Position numbers and translations under genes: made by a program. 64,000 nt of DNA from Nitrososphaerota archaeon (GTDB lineage Archaea > Thermoproteota > Nitrososphaeria_A > Caldarchaeales > Calditenuaceae), in contig JAVQSZ010000004.1 in assembly GCA_033581555.1 (NCBI GenBank), forward strand, positions 93,758 to 157,757. Direction: 5' to 3'. The notes under the pieces are model-generated. The model searched no databases, was not told the origin of the DNA, and worked only from the letters and a program-made list of their open reading frames with translations. Positions 28,221 through 37,830 of the stretch are shown piece after piece (the first letter of the stretch is position 1; each line of letters opens with the position of its first letter).

Positions 28221-29585
28221 TTATATTGATTCGGATGATGGTAAGTAGCTATTAAGGATCCTCTGGAACTTTTTTACAACGTCGACAGCATTAAAACCGA
28301 ATATAAGAGTCATAGGCTCTTTCCCGTAATCTCCGGTGTGGTAGATTAAGTCCGTCACTCTGCCAGAGGACTTTATGGCTTCGCCGACGCCCCACCTGAT
28401 CGTCATCCCTTCGACCTGCTTTATGGACGGTGGCTCCTTGGAGCGGTCGTAGCTCGAGACCGAATACCCTAGGGACTTCGCGACCTCGATGAACCTCGCG
28501 TCGAACCTCACGTTCATCGCGGACCTTACCCTCCTGTCGAAGGAGTGTGCGACCAGGACAGCTGAGGCCACGTGCCTCGAGCCGCCAGGCGTGGGGCAAG
28601 TGCTGGCCCTGAGCTTGTCCCCGACCCTCACGATCCTCCCGGGATATCCGACCACGTCCTCGGCGGTCTGTCCGTATTCTATCGTCTCGACCAGGTTGAT
28701 CATGGACTCTGGGCACATACGACCCGCGCCCTCTATCGACTCGAGGAGCTCAGTCGCGGCCCTAACGCTCTCACAGGCTTCGAGCAGCCGGGCCTTGCGG
28801 ACCGCAGCCCAGACCGGATTCACTGGACCCGAACCGCGACCTAGGTCCAGGCCGTAGCGTATCGCGTCTTCGACGAACCGCTTCGCCAGCTTCACCGACT
28901 CGACGACCTCCCTCCCATGTGCCAGATGCGCGGCTATCGCTGAGGCGAAGACGCATCCGGTGCCGTGCGTGTTCCTCGTCTCGATCCGGTCACCCTCGAG
29001 CTCGGCGATCTCGCCCTCGTAGTAGACGACGTCGACGACCTTCCGGCCAGGGACGTGTCCTCCCTTCACGACGACGGCCTTGGAACCGAGCTGAGCGATC
29101 TCCTTCGCGGCCTTGACCTGGTCCTCGACCGACTTGACCTCGAAGCCGCAGAGCCTCTCCGCCTCCCGAGCGTTGGGCGTGACGACAGTCGCGATCGGGA
29201 GGAGCTCGGACTTCAGAGTCTCGACGGCATCGGGCCTCAGCAACGGCGCCCCGCTCTTAGCGACCATCACGGGGTCGACGACTATCGGGGCCCTGATCCT
29301 CCTGAGCTCCCCTGCGACCGCCCTGATTATCTCGCTTGTGTGGAGCATCCCGGTCTTAACGGAGTCGACCCCGATGTCCTCGACGCAGACCCTGATCTGC
29401 TCCACGACCATCTCCGGGTCCAGGTCGACTACCCTGGTCACCTCGTGCGTGTTCTGGGCCGTGATCGAGGTGATCGCGGACATGCCGTGGACGCCTAGCG
29501 CGGCGAACGTCTTCAGGTCTGCTTGTATCCCCGCGCCCCCTCCGGAGTCTGAGCCTGCGACCGTGAGGGCCCTCGGCAAGCGCAT
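28221..29585 (-). CDS. thiD: Bifunctional HMP/HMP-P kinase - thiamine-phosphate synthase ThiDN
   Basis: AGSDSGGGAGIQADLKT, DPVMVAKSG, THGTGC; ThiN tail GGSRHVA, GKEPM. Confidence 0.93.
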   Translation of the reverse strand: MRLPRALTVAGSDSGGGAGIQADLKTFAALGVHGMSAITSITAQNTHEVTRVVDLDPEMVVEQIRVCVEDIGVDSVKTGMLHTSEIIRAVAGELRRIRAPIVVDPVMVAKSGAPLLRPDAVETLKSELLPIATVVTPNAREAERLCGFEVKSVEDQVKAAKEIAQLGSKAVVVKGGHVPGRKVVDVVYYEGEIAELEGDRIETRNTHGTGCVFASAIAAHLAHGREVVESVKLAKRFVEDAIRYGLDLGRGSGPVNPVWAAVRKARLLEACESVRAATELLESIEGAGRMCPESMINLVETIEYGQTAEDVVGYPGRIVRVGDKLRASTCPTPGGSRHVASAVLVAHSFDRRVRSAMNVRFDARFIEVAKSLGYSVSSYDRSKEPPSIKQVEGMTIRWGVGEAIKSSGRVTDLIYHTGDYGKEPMTLIFGFNAVDVVKKFQRILNSYLPSSESI

Positions 29586-29682
29586 GGAGATCGACCTCGA
29601 TGACGTCCGGAGTCGACCTCGCCCATAAGGGTGACCGGACCGGCTCGAGCCGTGTAGGGCGCGTCCGACCCGACCGGTCCGC

Positions 29683-30633
29683 TCACACCTCCCTAACCAT
29701 CCTGTTCATCAGCAGTCCGATCCTCTCGATCTCGGCCTCGACGACGTCTCCGTGCTTCAGGAACTCCCTTCCGGCCGCAGCAACACCAGCTGGAGTCCCG
29801 GTGGCCAAGATGTCGCCGGGCATGAGGGTCAGGCCGTCGGAGAGGTGCTCGATCAGCTCCCCGACCTTGAAGACCATGTCCTCGGTCGTTCCGTCCTGCC
29901 TTAGCTCCCCGTTCACCCTCAGGGTCAACCTCAGGGGATACGGGCTGCCGACCTCGTCCTTTGTGACCAAGTAAGGACCGCAGGGAGCCGCGGTGTCGAG
30001 GCTCTTCCCGTGAACCCAGTTGAACCCGAACCGATTCGTCCTCTGCGGCCAGCCCGGCGGGATCTGTTTGTCCCTGAAGCTGACGTCGTTGAAGACCGTG
30101 TACCCTGCTATGACCTCCTCCGCCTCCCTCCTCGAGACGTACTTCGCCCTCCTCCCTATCACCACCGCTAGCTCCACCTCGTAGTCGACCTTGGTTGAAG
30201 TCCGGGGAATCAGCACGTCTGACCCGTGGCCTACCAGCGCGTTGGCGAACTTCGCAAAGAAGTAGGGCCTCTCGGGAACCTCGACCGACATCTCCCTTCC
30301 GTGGGAGTGGTAGTTGACCGCGACGCAGACGATCTTCTGCGGGTCCGGGACCGGAGGTAGGAACTCGACATCGGCCGGATCCTTCAGGACCGCGGCCGCG
30401 GTCTGGGGCCCTTCGTCCAGGACCCTCTCCGCCCTCTCTCCCAGCCTCCTGACGAACTCCATCGCCTCCTCTCCCGCCGAGAGCAGGGCCCTCATCGACC
30501 TGAGCCATCGGGGGACCGACTCCTCACCGTAGACGAGCCTGTACGCGGACCCGACGTCCACTATACCCCTCCTCAAGAGGAGCCCGAGCCTCGCGTCCTC
30601 ATCGCCCTTCGCCCTGAACGATAGGAGCTTCAT
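29683..30633 (-). CDS. Fumarylacetoacetate hydrolase family protein
   Basis: KIVCVAVNY, DYEVEL, NDVSFRD, GKSLDT, ATGTPAGV. Confidence 0.92.
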   Translation of the reverse strand: MKLLSFRAKGDEDARLGLLLRRGIVDVGSAYRLVYGEESVPRWLRSMRALLSAGEEAMEFVRRLGERAERVLDEGPQTAAAVLKDPADVEFLPPVPDPQKIVCVAVNYHSHGREMSVEVPERPYFFAKFANALVGHGSDVLIPRTSTKVDYEVELAVVIGRRAKYVSRREAEEVIAGYTVFNDVSFRDKQIPPGWPQRTNRFGFNWVHGKSLDTAAPCGPYLVTKDEVGSPYPLRLTLRVNGELRQDGTTEDMVFKVGELIEHLSDGLTLMPGDILATGTPAGVAAAGREFLKHGDVVEAEIERIGLLMNRMVREV

Positions 30634-30777
30634 GATCTGGACCTCGGACTCGGACGGCACTCTTGAGAGTAAAAGCTTGCGCGAGGCTGGGAGCAGATCG
30701 TCGGAAGCGAGGCCGGACAGCTCGCTCCCCCGGTGAGCTTTCGATGCCCTAATCTCGAGCCGTGAGGGCGGAGGGGC

Positions 30778-31902
30778 GTGGGTCGCGTTGCGGTCGTCGG
30801 CGCCGGTCCAGCAGGCCTGACCGCCGCGAGGGAGTTAGCTGGGCTGGGGCACGAGGTTACGGTCTTCGAGGAGGACGAGGTAGTGGGGAGGCCGGAACAC
30901 TGCGCGGGCCTCTACAGCATCAGCGGCCTAAGGAGGATGGGCGCGTGGAGTCCGAGGTACGTCTTGAACTACGTGAGGGGTGCGGTCTTCAGGTCGTCGA
31001 GGGGGAGGGAGCTGATCGTGAGGAGGCCGAGTCCGATCGCCGTTGTCGCGAGCAGGGAGGAGCTAGATCGACACTTGGCGGAGCTCGCTGCCTCGAGGGG
31101 GGCCGAGATAGGGCTGGGCGCGAGGGTGACCGGCCTGAGCCTGAAGGGCAGGCCCGAGCTGCGCGTCGGTGGCGACCAGAGGGAGTTCGACGCGGTGGTC
31201 GTCGCGGAGGGGATGAAGAGGTCGCTGGCGAGGGCGCTCTTCGGACGAATAACTGAGGCCCAGCCGATCCCGATCGTTCAGTCGCTGGTCAGAGGTCACG
31301 GACTAGAACCCGACGCGGTCCACGTCTGGTTCGAGCAGTACCTGAGGGACTACTTCGCCTACGCCGTCCCCATCGACGAGGAGCTGGCGAGGATAGGGCT
31401 CGCCTCGAGGAGCGGGCCGCTCGAGCTGTTGAGGAGGTTCGTGAAAGAGAAGTTCCCGGGGGCGAAGGTCCTGGGCTACCAGGTCCACTCGCTCTGGCTG
31501 GAGGGGCCCCTTGACGTCGGGCTCGAGGGTCGAGCGGTGTTGGTTGGGGACTGCGCCGGTCAGACCAAGCCGCTCACGGGCGGGGGCGTGGTCGTGGGCG
31601 GGCTCTGCGCGATCGCGGCCGCGAAACACGTCCACGCGCTCCTCGAGGACGGGAGGGACGGGACCTACAGGAGGTCGGTGAGGTGGATCTACCGGGACCT
31701 GAGGGCGACGAAGCTCCTCAGGGACCTGCTGACGCGGAGGGTGGGCGTCGACGAGCTGATAGAGGCCGCGGCCGACTCGGGAATTGAGAGGAGGATATCG
31801 AGCGTGGGAGACATGGACTTCCACGCTCTTACCGCGCTCAGGGCCCTACCCTCCCTGAGCGGAGCGAGGTTCCTGGCGAGGCTCCTCAGAGCTCTGTTCT
31901 AG
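30778..31902 (+). CDS. Geranylgeranyl reductase family FAD oxidoreductase
   Basis: VGAGPAG, HCAG, LVGDCAGQTKPLTGGG. Confidence 0.85.
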   Translation: MGRVAVVGAGPAGLTAARELAGLGHEVTVFEEDEVVGRPEHCAGLYSISGLRRMGAWSPRYVLNYVRGAVFRSSRGRELIVRRPSPIAVVASREELDRHLAELAASRGAEIGLGARVTGLSLKGRPELRVGGDQREFDAVVVAEGMKRSLARALFGRITEAQPIPIVQSLVRGHGLEPDAVHVWFEQYLRDYFAYAVPIDEELARIGLASRSGPLELLRRFVKEKFPGAKVLGYQVHSLWLEGPLDVGLEGRAVLVGDCAGQTKPLTGGGVVVGGLCAIAAAKHVHALLEDGRDGTYRRSVRWIYRDLRATKLLRDLLTRRVGVDELIEAAADSGIERRISSVGDMDFHALTALRALPSLSGARFLARLLRALF

Positions 31903-33062
31903 TGGCGCTCCTCGATCGGGACGTACTTCTGCCCGACGGGTGGACCGACGTAATGGTGCAGCGGCCTGATCAGCCTGTTGTCCCTCCAGTACTCGAGGAC
32001 GTGGGCTACCCAGCCGACCACCCTGCTGACCGCGAAGACCGCGGTGAAGTAGTTGGGAGGTATCCCGACCGCGGTGTAGACCATCGGGGTCCAGAAGTCG
32101 AGGTTCGGGAAGAGCCCCTTTGGCCCGAGCTTCGCGATCGCGGCCTCCTCGAGCCTCATTGCGATCTCGTAGAGGGTCCTTACCTTTCCTCCGACGATTT
32201 GGGCGGCCCTGGCGGCCATCGCCTTGACGACCTTCGCCCTCGGGTCGTAGATCTTGTAGACCCTGTGGCCGAATCCCATCACGCGCCTCTTCTCGGAGAG
32301 GGCCTTCTCGAGCCAGGCCTCAACTCTGTTCGGGTCGCCGATCTCCATGAACTGCTGGTACGCCGCCTCCGCCGCGCCTCCGTGCAGGGGCCCCTTGAGG
32401 GTCATGATGCCCGAGACGATTGAGGAGTAGACGTCGCTGAGGGTGGAGGCGGTGACGACGGCCCCGAAGGTAGAGGCGGGGACACCGTGCTCCGCGTGGA
32501 GGATGAGGATGTCGTCGAGGAACTCGAGCTGATAGGGCTCCGGCCTCTTGGACGTGACCAGGTGGATCAGGTTGCCGGCTATGCCCAGTGACGGGTCCGG
32601 CGGGATGGGCTCCTCGCCCCCTTGGACCCGAATCACGTTCCCGAGGACTGACCCGGCCTTCGCCAGCGCCCTCAACGCGTGGCGCATGTGGTCTCCGTCG
32701 CCCGTTGCGCGCTTCTCGGTCAAAATGTAGTACGCCGCAAGCGCGTCCATCCCTCCGACCCTCTTCGCCGCGAACTTCACGGTCTCGAGCTCGTCGCCGT
32801 CGAGGACCATCTCCTCCTTCAGCCTCGTCAGGAACTCCCCGAACTCGGTCCTGTTGGGGAGCCGACCGTTCAGCAACAGGTACGAGACCTCCTCGTAACT
32901 GCTCTTCGCGACGAGCTCTTCGACGTCGTAACCGACGTAGTAGAGCTTGCCGTTCTCGGTGTCTATCAGGCAGAGCGAGCTCTCGAGCACGTGAACGCCC
33001 TCGAGACCCTTATAGACCTTGGGCGAAGCCTCCATGATCGACTTCTGTATGACGCTCGCCAT
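31899..33062 (-). CDS. Citrate/2-methylcitrate synthase
   Basis: KGLEGV, LHAEHG, GPLHGGA, MGFGHRVYK.YDPRA, PNLDF. Confidence 0.93.
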   Translation of the reverse strand: MASVIQKSIMEASPKVYKGLEGVHVLESSLCLIDTENGKLYYVGYDVEELVAKSSYEEVSYLLLNGRLPNRTEFGEFLTRLKEEMVLDGDELETVKFAAKRVGGMDALAAYYILTEKRATGDGDHMRHALRALAKAGSVLGNVIRVQGGEEPIPPDPSLGIAGNLIHLVTSKRPEPYQLEFLDDILILHAEHGVPASTFGAVVTASTLSDVYSSIVSGIMTLKGPLHGGAAEAAYQQFMEIGDPNRVEAWLEKALSEKRRVMGFGHRVYKIYDPRAKVVKAMAARAAQIVGGKVRTLYEIAMRLEEAAIAKLGPKGLFPNLDFWTPMVYTAVGIPPNYFTAVFAVSRVVGWVAHVLEYWRDNRLIRPLHHYVGPPVGQKYVPIEERH

Positions 33063-33087
33063 TAATAGTCTTTACACCCAAAAGAGA

Positions 33088-34464
33088 TCAGGTTCGCCTT
33101 ACGTAGAACTCGGTCAGCTCCGAGACCGAACGGAGGTCCTCGACGTAGGTGGCAAGCCGGAGCAGCCGCTCGGAACGCGAGGGGCCGAGCACGGGCTCCG
33201 CGAGCCTTCTGAACTTCTCGGCCAGCTGGCCGTCGGACATCGGGTTCCTGAAGTGGCCGGTCGGGTAGATGACCTCCTTGGAGAGCGTCCGACCATCGGA
33301 GGTCCTCAAGGTCACCCTGTTCGGGACGGCGCCGGGGTAGATCTCGTCGTACCTCGGGTCGACCTCGACTCGCGTCCTGGAGATGACCTCGAGCAGTAGG
33401 GGGTCGTTGAGCTTTGCGTCGGTATAGGAGTCGATCCAGATGTCGCCGTCGATCAAGGTCCTCGCGGTGATGTAGGGGAGGCTGTGGTCGGCCGTCTCCC
33501 TGGTCCTCGGCCTCCACTTCTCGGGGTCCTTGACGATGATCTTGTGCGAGACCGTGAACGTGTGGATCTCCACTCCCGCTATCCTCCTCGGGTCCCCGAC
33601 CTCCCTCCTCAGCTCGATCGCCGCCTCCACCGCCGACATCGAGTGATACTCTACCGGCCACCTCTTGATGCTGGTCATAAGGGTCCTGAAGGGCTGGCCG
33701 TCCCTGCCTCCTAAGGTTGGTAGCGAAGGAGCGGTCCCCGCTATCACCCTCCAGTAACCCATCTCGCCCTCGAAGATCGGAGCAGGGCCCGTCATCCCCT
33801 CTGCTGCAAGCATCGCCGCGAAGACGCCGTGCCGGGCCGCGTAGGCCGCCGCGCAACCCTTCCACATGCTCAGCTCGCCCGCCCTGGTCTGTCTTAGAGC
33901 GGCTGCGTTGACGCCCGCGATGTTGATCGCTTGCGCGGTCCTCGCTTGGTCAAGCCCTAGGAGCTTCGCGGCCCCGGCGGCCGCGCCGAACGCGATGTTC
34001 GAGACGTGGTCGAAGCCCCTGTCCCTGAGGGTGGCCGTGTCGGCCAGCGCGAGGGCCACCTCGTAGCCCGCGACGATCGAGGTGACCAGCTCGCGGCCCG
34101 TCGCGCCTACGGACTCGGCCAGGCCGATCAGCCCGGGTATCATGTCGCTCGGGTGGAGCGCCTCCTTCGAGAGGTAGGTGTCGTTGAAGTCGAGGTACCT
34201 CACCGCGACGCCGTTTGCGAACGCAGCCATGTCCGGAGATACCTTCCTGCCAGAGGAGAGGAGCGTGGCCCCGCGCTCCGTACCGTACTTCTCCGCGACC
34301 CTCCTCGCGATCACGACCGGCTCAGCGTCGATGGCACCGTACATCACCGCCAGCGAGTCGATCAACCTCCTGCTAACCTCCTTCCTCACCTCAGGTGTGA
34401 GGTCCTTGAACTCGAGTGAGGTCACGTACTCCGCTATCCTGTCTGCAACAGATCTCTCCGACAT
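33088..34464 (-). CDS. prpD: MmgE/PrpD family (2-methylcitrate dehydratase)
   Basis: RYLDFNDT, HPSD, RGFDH, SMWKG, RETADHSLPY. Confidence 0.9.
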   Translation of the reverse strand: MSERSVADRIAEYVTSLEFKDLTPEVRKEVSRRLIDSLAVMYGAIDAEPVVIARRVAEKYGTERGATLLSSGRKVSPDMAAFANGVAVRYLDFNDTYLSKEALHPSDMIPGLIGLAESVGATGRELVTSIVAGYEVALALADTATLRDRGFDHVSNIAFGAAAGAAKLLGLDQARTAQAINIAGVNAAALRQTRAGELSMWKGCAAAYAARHGVFAAMLAAEGMTGPAPIFEGEMGYWRVIAGTAPSLPTLGGRDGQPFRTLMTSIKRWPVEYHSMSAVEAAIELRREVGDPRRIAGVEIHTFTVSHKIIVKDPEKWRPRTRETADHSLPYITARTLIDGDIWIDSYTDAKLNDPLLLEVISRTRVEVDPRYDEIYPGAVPNRVTLRTSDGRTLSKEVIYPTGHFRNPMSDGQLAEKFRRLAEPVLGPSRSERLLRLATYVEDLRSVSELTEFYVRRT

Positions 34465-34502
34465 CGGGCGTCCGCGGGTCGGGCTGAATAAATAACCTCT
34501 GG

Positions 34503-35264
34503 TTAGCCCTCTTCCCTTCCCGGCGACGTCGAGTGGGACGTCCCGGAGGTCGTGTCGACGGAGACGAGGGCCTTGAGGACCGCCCGTCCGACCTTGTCCA
34601 CGTACGCCTTCAGTTGCTCGGCGTGGTGCATGGGAACGTGCTCGACGAGGTTATCGCTGACGATGAGCGCTGCGCCGGACTTGACGCCCCTCATCATGCA
34701 AATCCCGAAGATCGTCGCGCACTCCATCTCGACCGAGACGTACCCCCTCGAGACCCACTTCCTCACGAAGTCGGGGTCCTCGGCGTAGAAGGCGTCGCTG
34801 GAGAAGACCGGTCCGACGTACGGCCTGACTCCCGCGGCTTGAAGCTCCTCGATGATCCGCCTCTGAACGTCGAAGCTCGGGACGGGCGTGATGTGGGCGT
34901 CGGGGACGTACTGGAGGAGGGGGCCGCTGACGTACGCCGCACCGGTAGGGACGACGACGTCGCCTATCCTCATCCCCTTCAGGAAGGCCCCGGTGGTCCC
35001 GAGCCTGACGATCACCCTCGAGCCTAGCATGATCAACTCCTCTACCACGCCGGCGGTGGACGCGCCGCCGACGCCGTGGCAGGCGACCGTGACCGGGACG
35101 CCCTCGAACTTCCCCGTGTACGTGACGAAGCCCCTGTTCTCGTTGACTAGCCTCGCATCGGAGAGGTGCTCGGCCAGCTGCCTCACCCTCGCGGGGTCAC
35201 CGACGACGACGGCTCTCTCAGCTATGGCTTCCCTCGGTGCTCTGATGAAGACGGGCTCTGGCAC
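34503..35264 (-). CDS. Nucleoside phosphorylase (hexameric PNP/UDP family)
   Basis: VGDPAR, HGVGG, RLGTTG, SSDAFY, VEMEC. Confidence 0.92.
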   Translation of the reverse strand: MPEPVFIRAPREAIAERAVVVGDPARVRQLAEHLSDARLVNENRGFVTYTGKFEGVPVTVACHGVGGASTAGVVEELIMLGSRVIVRLGTTGAFLKGMRIGDVVVPTGAAYVSGPLLQYVPDAHITPVPSFDVQRRIIEELQAAGVRPYVGPVFSSDAFYAEDPDFVRKWVSRGYVSVEMECATIFGICMMRGVKSGAALIVSDNLVEHVPMHHAEQLKAYVDKVGRAVLKALVSVDTTSGTSHSTSPGREEG

Positions 35265-35295
35265 GGCCTACCCGACTAAAAGAGCGATATCAGTG

Positions 35296-36576
35296 TTACC
35301 GGACCGGACCCGAGCTCCTCTTCGACTCCCTGACGAACTGCTCGACCTCCGTCGAGCCCTCCAGCGCCCTCGCGGAGGCCTCGCCCCCGGTTATCACGTC
35401 GTACAGCTTGTCGTAGTAATGCGTCCCGACGAAAGTCTGGTGCTTCGCGGCCCTGTAGCCGAACCTCTCCAGCTCGAACTCCCGCTCCTGGAGCTCCACG
35501 TAGGCCGGCATCGCCCTCTGCCTTAGCCCCCTCGCCAGCTCGAACATCGAGGCGTTGAGCGCGTGGAATCCTGCTAGCGTTATGAACTGGAACTTGTAGC
35601 CCATCCTCCCAAGCTCGTCCTGGAAGGCTGCGATCTCCTCGTCGGTGAGGGACTTCCTCCAGTTGAAGGAGGGCGAGAGGTTGTACGCCAGCATCTTATC
35701 CGGGTACCTCGAGAGGACCTTCTTCGCGAACTCCTTCGCATCGCTGAGGCTGAGCCTCTTCGTCTCGAACCAGATCATCTCCGCGAGCGGCGCGACCTCG
35801 AGGGCCCTGTCGATCGCAGCGTCGAGCCCTCCCCTGAACCTGAAGTAGCCCTCTGGGGTCTTCTCGCCGTAGACGTACTTGCTGTCGACTGGGTCGTGGT
35901 CGCTGGTTATGTAGGACGCGCCCTCCGCGTCGGTTCGGGCTATCAGTACCATCGGGACGTCCAAGACGTCGGCCGCTAGCCTCGCGGCGATCAGCGTCCT
36001 CTTGAAGTTGCCGAGAGGCGCTAGGACCTTCCCGCCCAGGTGGCCGCACCTCCTCTCGGTAGGGTGCTGGTCCTCGAGGTGGACTGACGCGACTCCTGTC
36101 TCAAGGAACGCACTGACCAGCTCGAAGGCGTGAAGCGGTCCTCCGAACCCCGCCTCGCCGTCGGCGATCAGGGGGACGAAGTAGTCGGGGCGGCTCCTCC
36201 CCTCGAGGGCCCTGATCTGGTCGGCCCTCCGCAGTGCCTTCAGGATCCTCTTCACCAGTATGGGGCCGCTGTTGCTCGGGTAGAGCCCGAGGTCCGGGTA
36301 CATCGAGTAGGCCTCGTTGGCGTCCGCTGCGACCTGCCAACCGCTGACGTAGATCGCCTCGAAGCCCGCGTCGACCATCTGGACCGCTTGGCTGCCCGTG
36401 AGGGCTCCAGCAGCGAAAACGTACGGCCTGGTCTTGAGGAGGTTCCAGAACTTCTCCGAGAGGGCCTTCGCGATCGCGCACTCAGTAGGCCAGCTGCCCC
36501 TCAGCAGCCGAACGTCCTCAAACGAGTACGGCCTCTCGATCCCGCGCCACCGTTCTCCCTTCCAGCCTTCAGCCAT
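35296..36576 (-). CDS. aceA: Isocitrate lyase (AceA type) with variant RRCGH motif
   Basis: IYVSGWQ, ADGEAGFGG, HLEDQ...RRCGHLGGK, ARTDA, AYNLSPSFNW, FITLAGFH. Confidence 0.9.
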   Translation of the reverse strand: MAEGWKGERWRGIERPYSFEDVRLLRGSWPTECAIAKALSEKFWNLLKTRPYVFAAGALTGSQAVQMVDAGFEAIYVSGWQVAADANEAYSMYPDLGLYPSNSGPILVKRILKALRRADQIRALEGRSRPDYFVPLIADGEAGFGGPLHAFELVSAFLETGVASVHLEDQHPTERRCGHLGGKVLAPLGNFKRTLIAARLAADVLDVPMVLIARTDAEGASYITSDHDPVDSKYVYGEKTPEGYFRFRGGLDAAIDRALEVAPLAEMIWFETKRLSLSDAKEFAKKVLSRYPDKMLAYNLSPSFNWRKSLTDEEIAAFQDELGRMGYKFQFITLAGFHALNASMFELARGLRQRAMPAYVELQEREFELERFGYRAAKHQTFVGTHYYDKLYDVITGGEASARALEGSTEVEQFVRESKRSSGPVR

Positions 36577-36744
36577 GACGCTCCCATCTCATCCGACTCG
36601 TTGATATAACCATTTACGGCTGTTTCGCTAGAACTTACTTTTTCAACGAAATCCTATACCTAACTTAAGTTCAGCGATCCCGACGCGTTACCGGACCTTA
36701 CGTCATTCGTAAAGCCAGATATGTCGACGGGACGGATTCTTCTC

Positions 36745-37383
36745 TCACTTGAGGGGGTTCTCCTTGAGGTACCTCTTGATGACGTAGACTGAGACAAGCA
36801 GGAGAAGGACCGTCACCGCGACGTTCACCGGAAACGGGAACCAGAGGGAGGGCGTGGTGATCAGGGAGATCGCCGCGAGCGTCGTCGGGAGGAGGAAGAA
36901 GAGGAGCGCGACGAAGAAGAGGTCGTAGAGCCTCGAGGAGACGAGCTGCGCGACGGAGTCCAGCCAACTGTCCTTCACGGGAGCGTCGACGGGCTGGGTC
37001 TGTAGGGTCGTCACGAGGTCCGCGAAGAGCTTGCCGTCCGAGGAGTAGACGCCATCAGGGGAGACGAAGGCTACGTTCCTTTCGCCCGACCTGATGATGA
37101 TCATGTTGGAGGTCGGCACGGCCTCGAACCCGTGCATCTTGGCGACCCTCGTTACGGCCCTTATGGTGGCGTCGCTGATCTTGATCCCGAGCTTCGGGTC
37201 CGAGTACCCGACCACTATCGGGTCCACCGAGGCCACCCTGTTCACCGTGAACCGCTCGTCCCTGAACGTCGGCGCGTCCTTCATGATCGCGGTGGGCGGC
37301 GAGCCCTGGGAGAGCTGAGACCGGACCCAGTCGACAGCCTTCTCGAAGGCCTCGGACATTTCGTCGTCTCGGGATCCGGTCAT
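36745..37383 (-). CDS. Hypothetical protein with two C-terminal TM helices
   Basis: Host-like codon pattern, hydrophobic C-terminus. Confidence 0.6.
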   Translation of the reverse strand: MTGSRDDEMSEAFEKAVDWVRSQLSQGSPPTAIMKDAPTFRDERFTVNRVASVDPIVVGYSDPKLGIKISDATIRAVTRVAKMHGFEAVPTSNMIIIRSGERNVAFVSPDGVYSSDGKLFADLVTTLQTQPVDAPVKDSWLDSVAQLVSSRLYDLFFVALLFFLLPTTLAAISLITTPSLWFPFPVNVAVTVLLLLVSVYVIKRYLKENPLK

Positions 37384-37445
37384 TAATTTTAACGTTCTTT
37401 TACCAAGGGGTATCCCTAAATTGCCCTAATCGTAGACAATTCGAG

Positions 37446-37826
37446 ATGGTTGCGCCGCCGGAGCAGCTGTGGTTCCTCTGGGACCCCTTCATCCTCTACG
37501 TGATACTGGTGCTCTTGGCCCCCGACGCATTCTACATCGTCTCGTGGTTGATCTCGCCCAGGAGGCCCTCGAGGGTGAAGAGAATGGCGTTCGAGTCCGG
37601 TCAGGCGCCGATCAGGTCGGCGATAGGCTCGTTCCCCGTCGAGTACTTCCCGTACATCATCATCTACGTCGCCTACGCGGTCGTTGCGATTCTAGTCTTC
37701 GTCTCGCTGGTCTCGGTGGTGGAGACGGGAGTCACGCCGCCGCTGCTCCTGTTACTGGCCCTCGCGACCGTCGCCTCCTTCTACGCGAGCTCTCAGCTGA
37801 AGGAAGTCGTCGGGAGGAGGGGTTGA
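37446..37826 (+). CDS. nuoA: NADH-quinone oxidoreductase subunit A-like
   Basis: KRMAFESGQ loop, three TM helices, upstream of nuoH. Confidence 0.8.
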   Translation: MVAPPEQLWFLWDPFILYVILVLLAPDAFYIVSWLISPRRPSRVKRMAFESGQAPIRSAIGSFPVEYFPYIIIYVAYAVVAILVFVSLVSVVETGVTPPLLLLLALATVASFYASSQLKEVVGRRG

Positions 37827-37830
37827 GGGG

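Noticed and set aside
29586-29682. Possible TPP riboswitch upstream of thiDN
   Set aside because: GC-rich hairpin only; conserved TPP motifs not found
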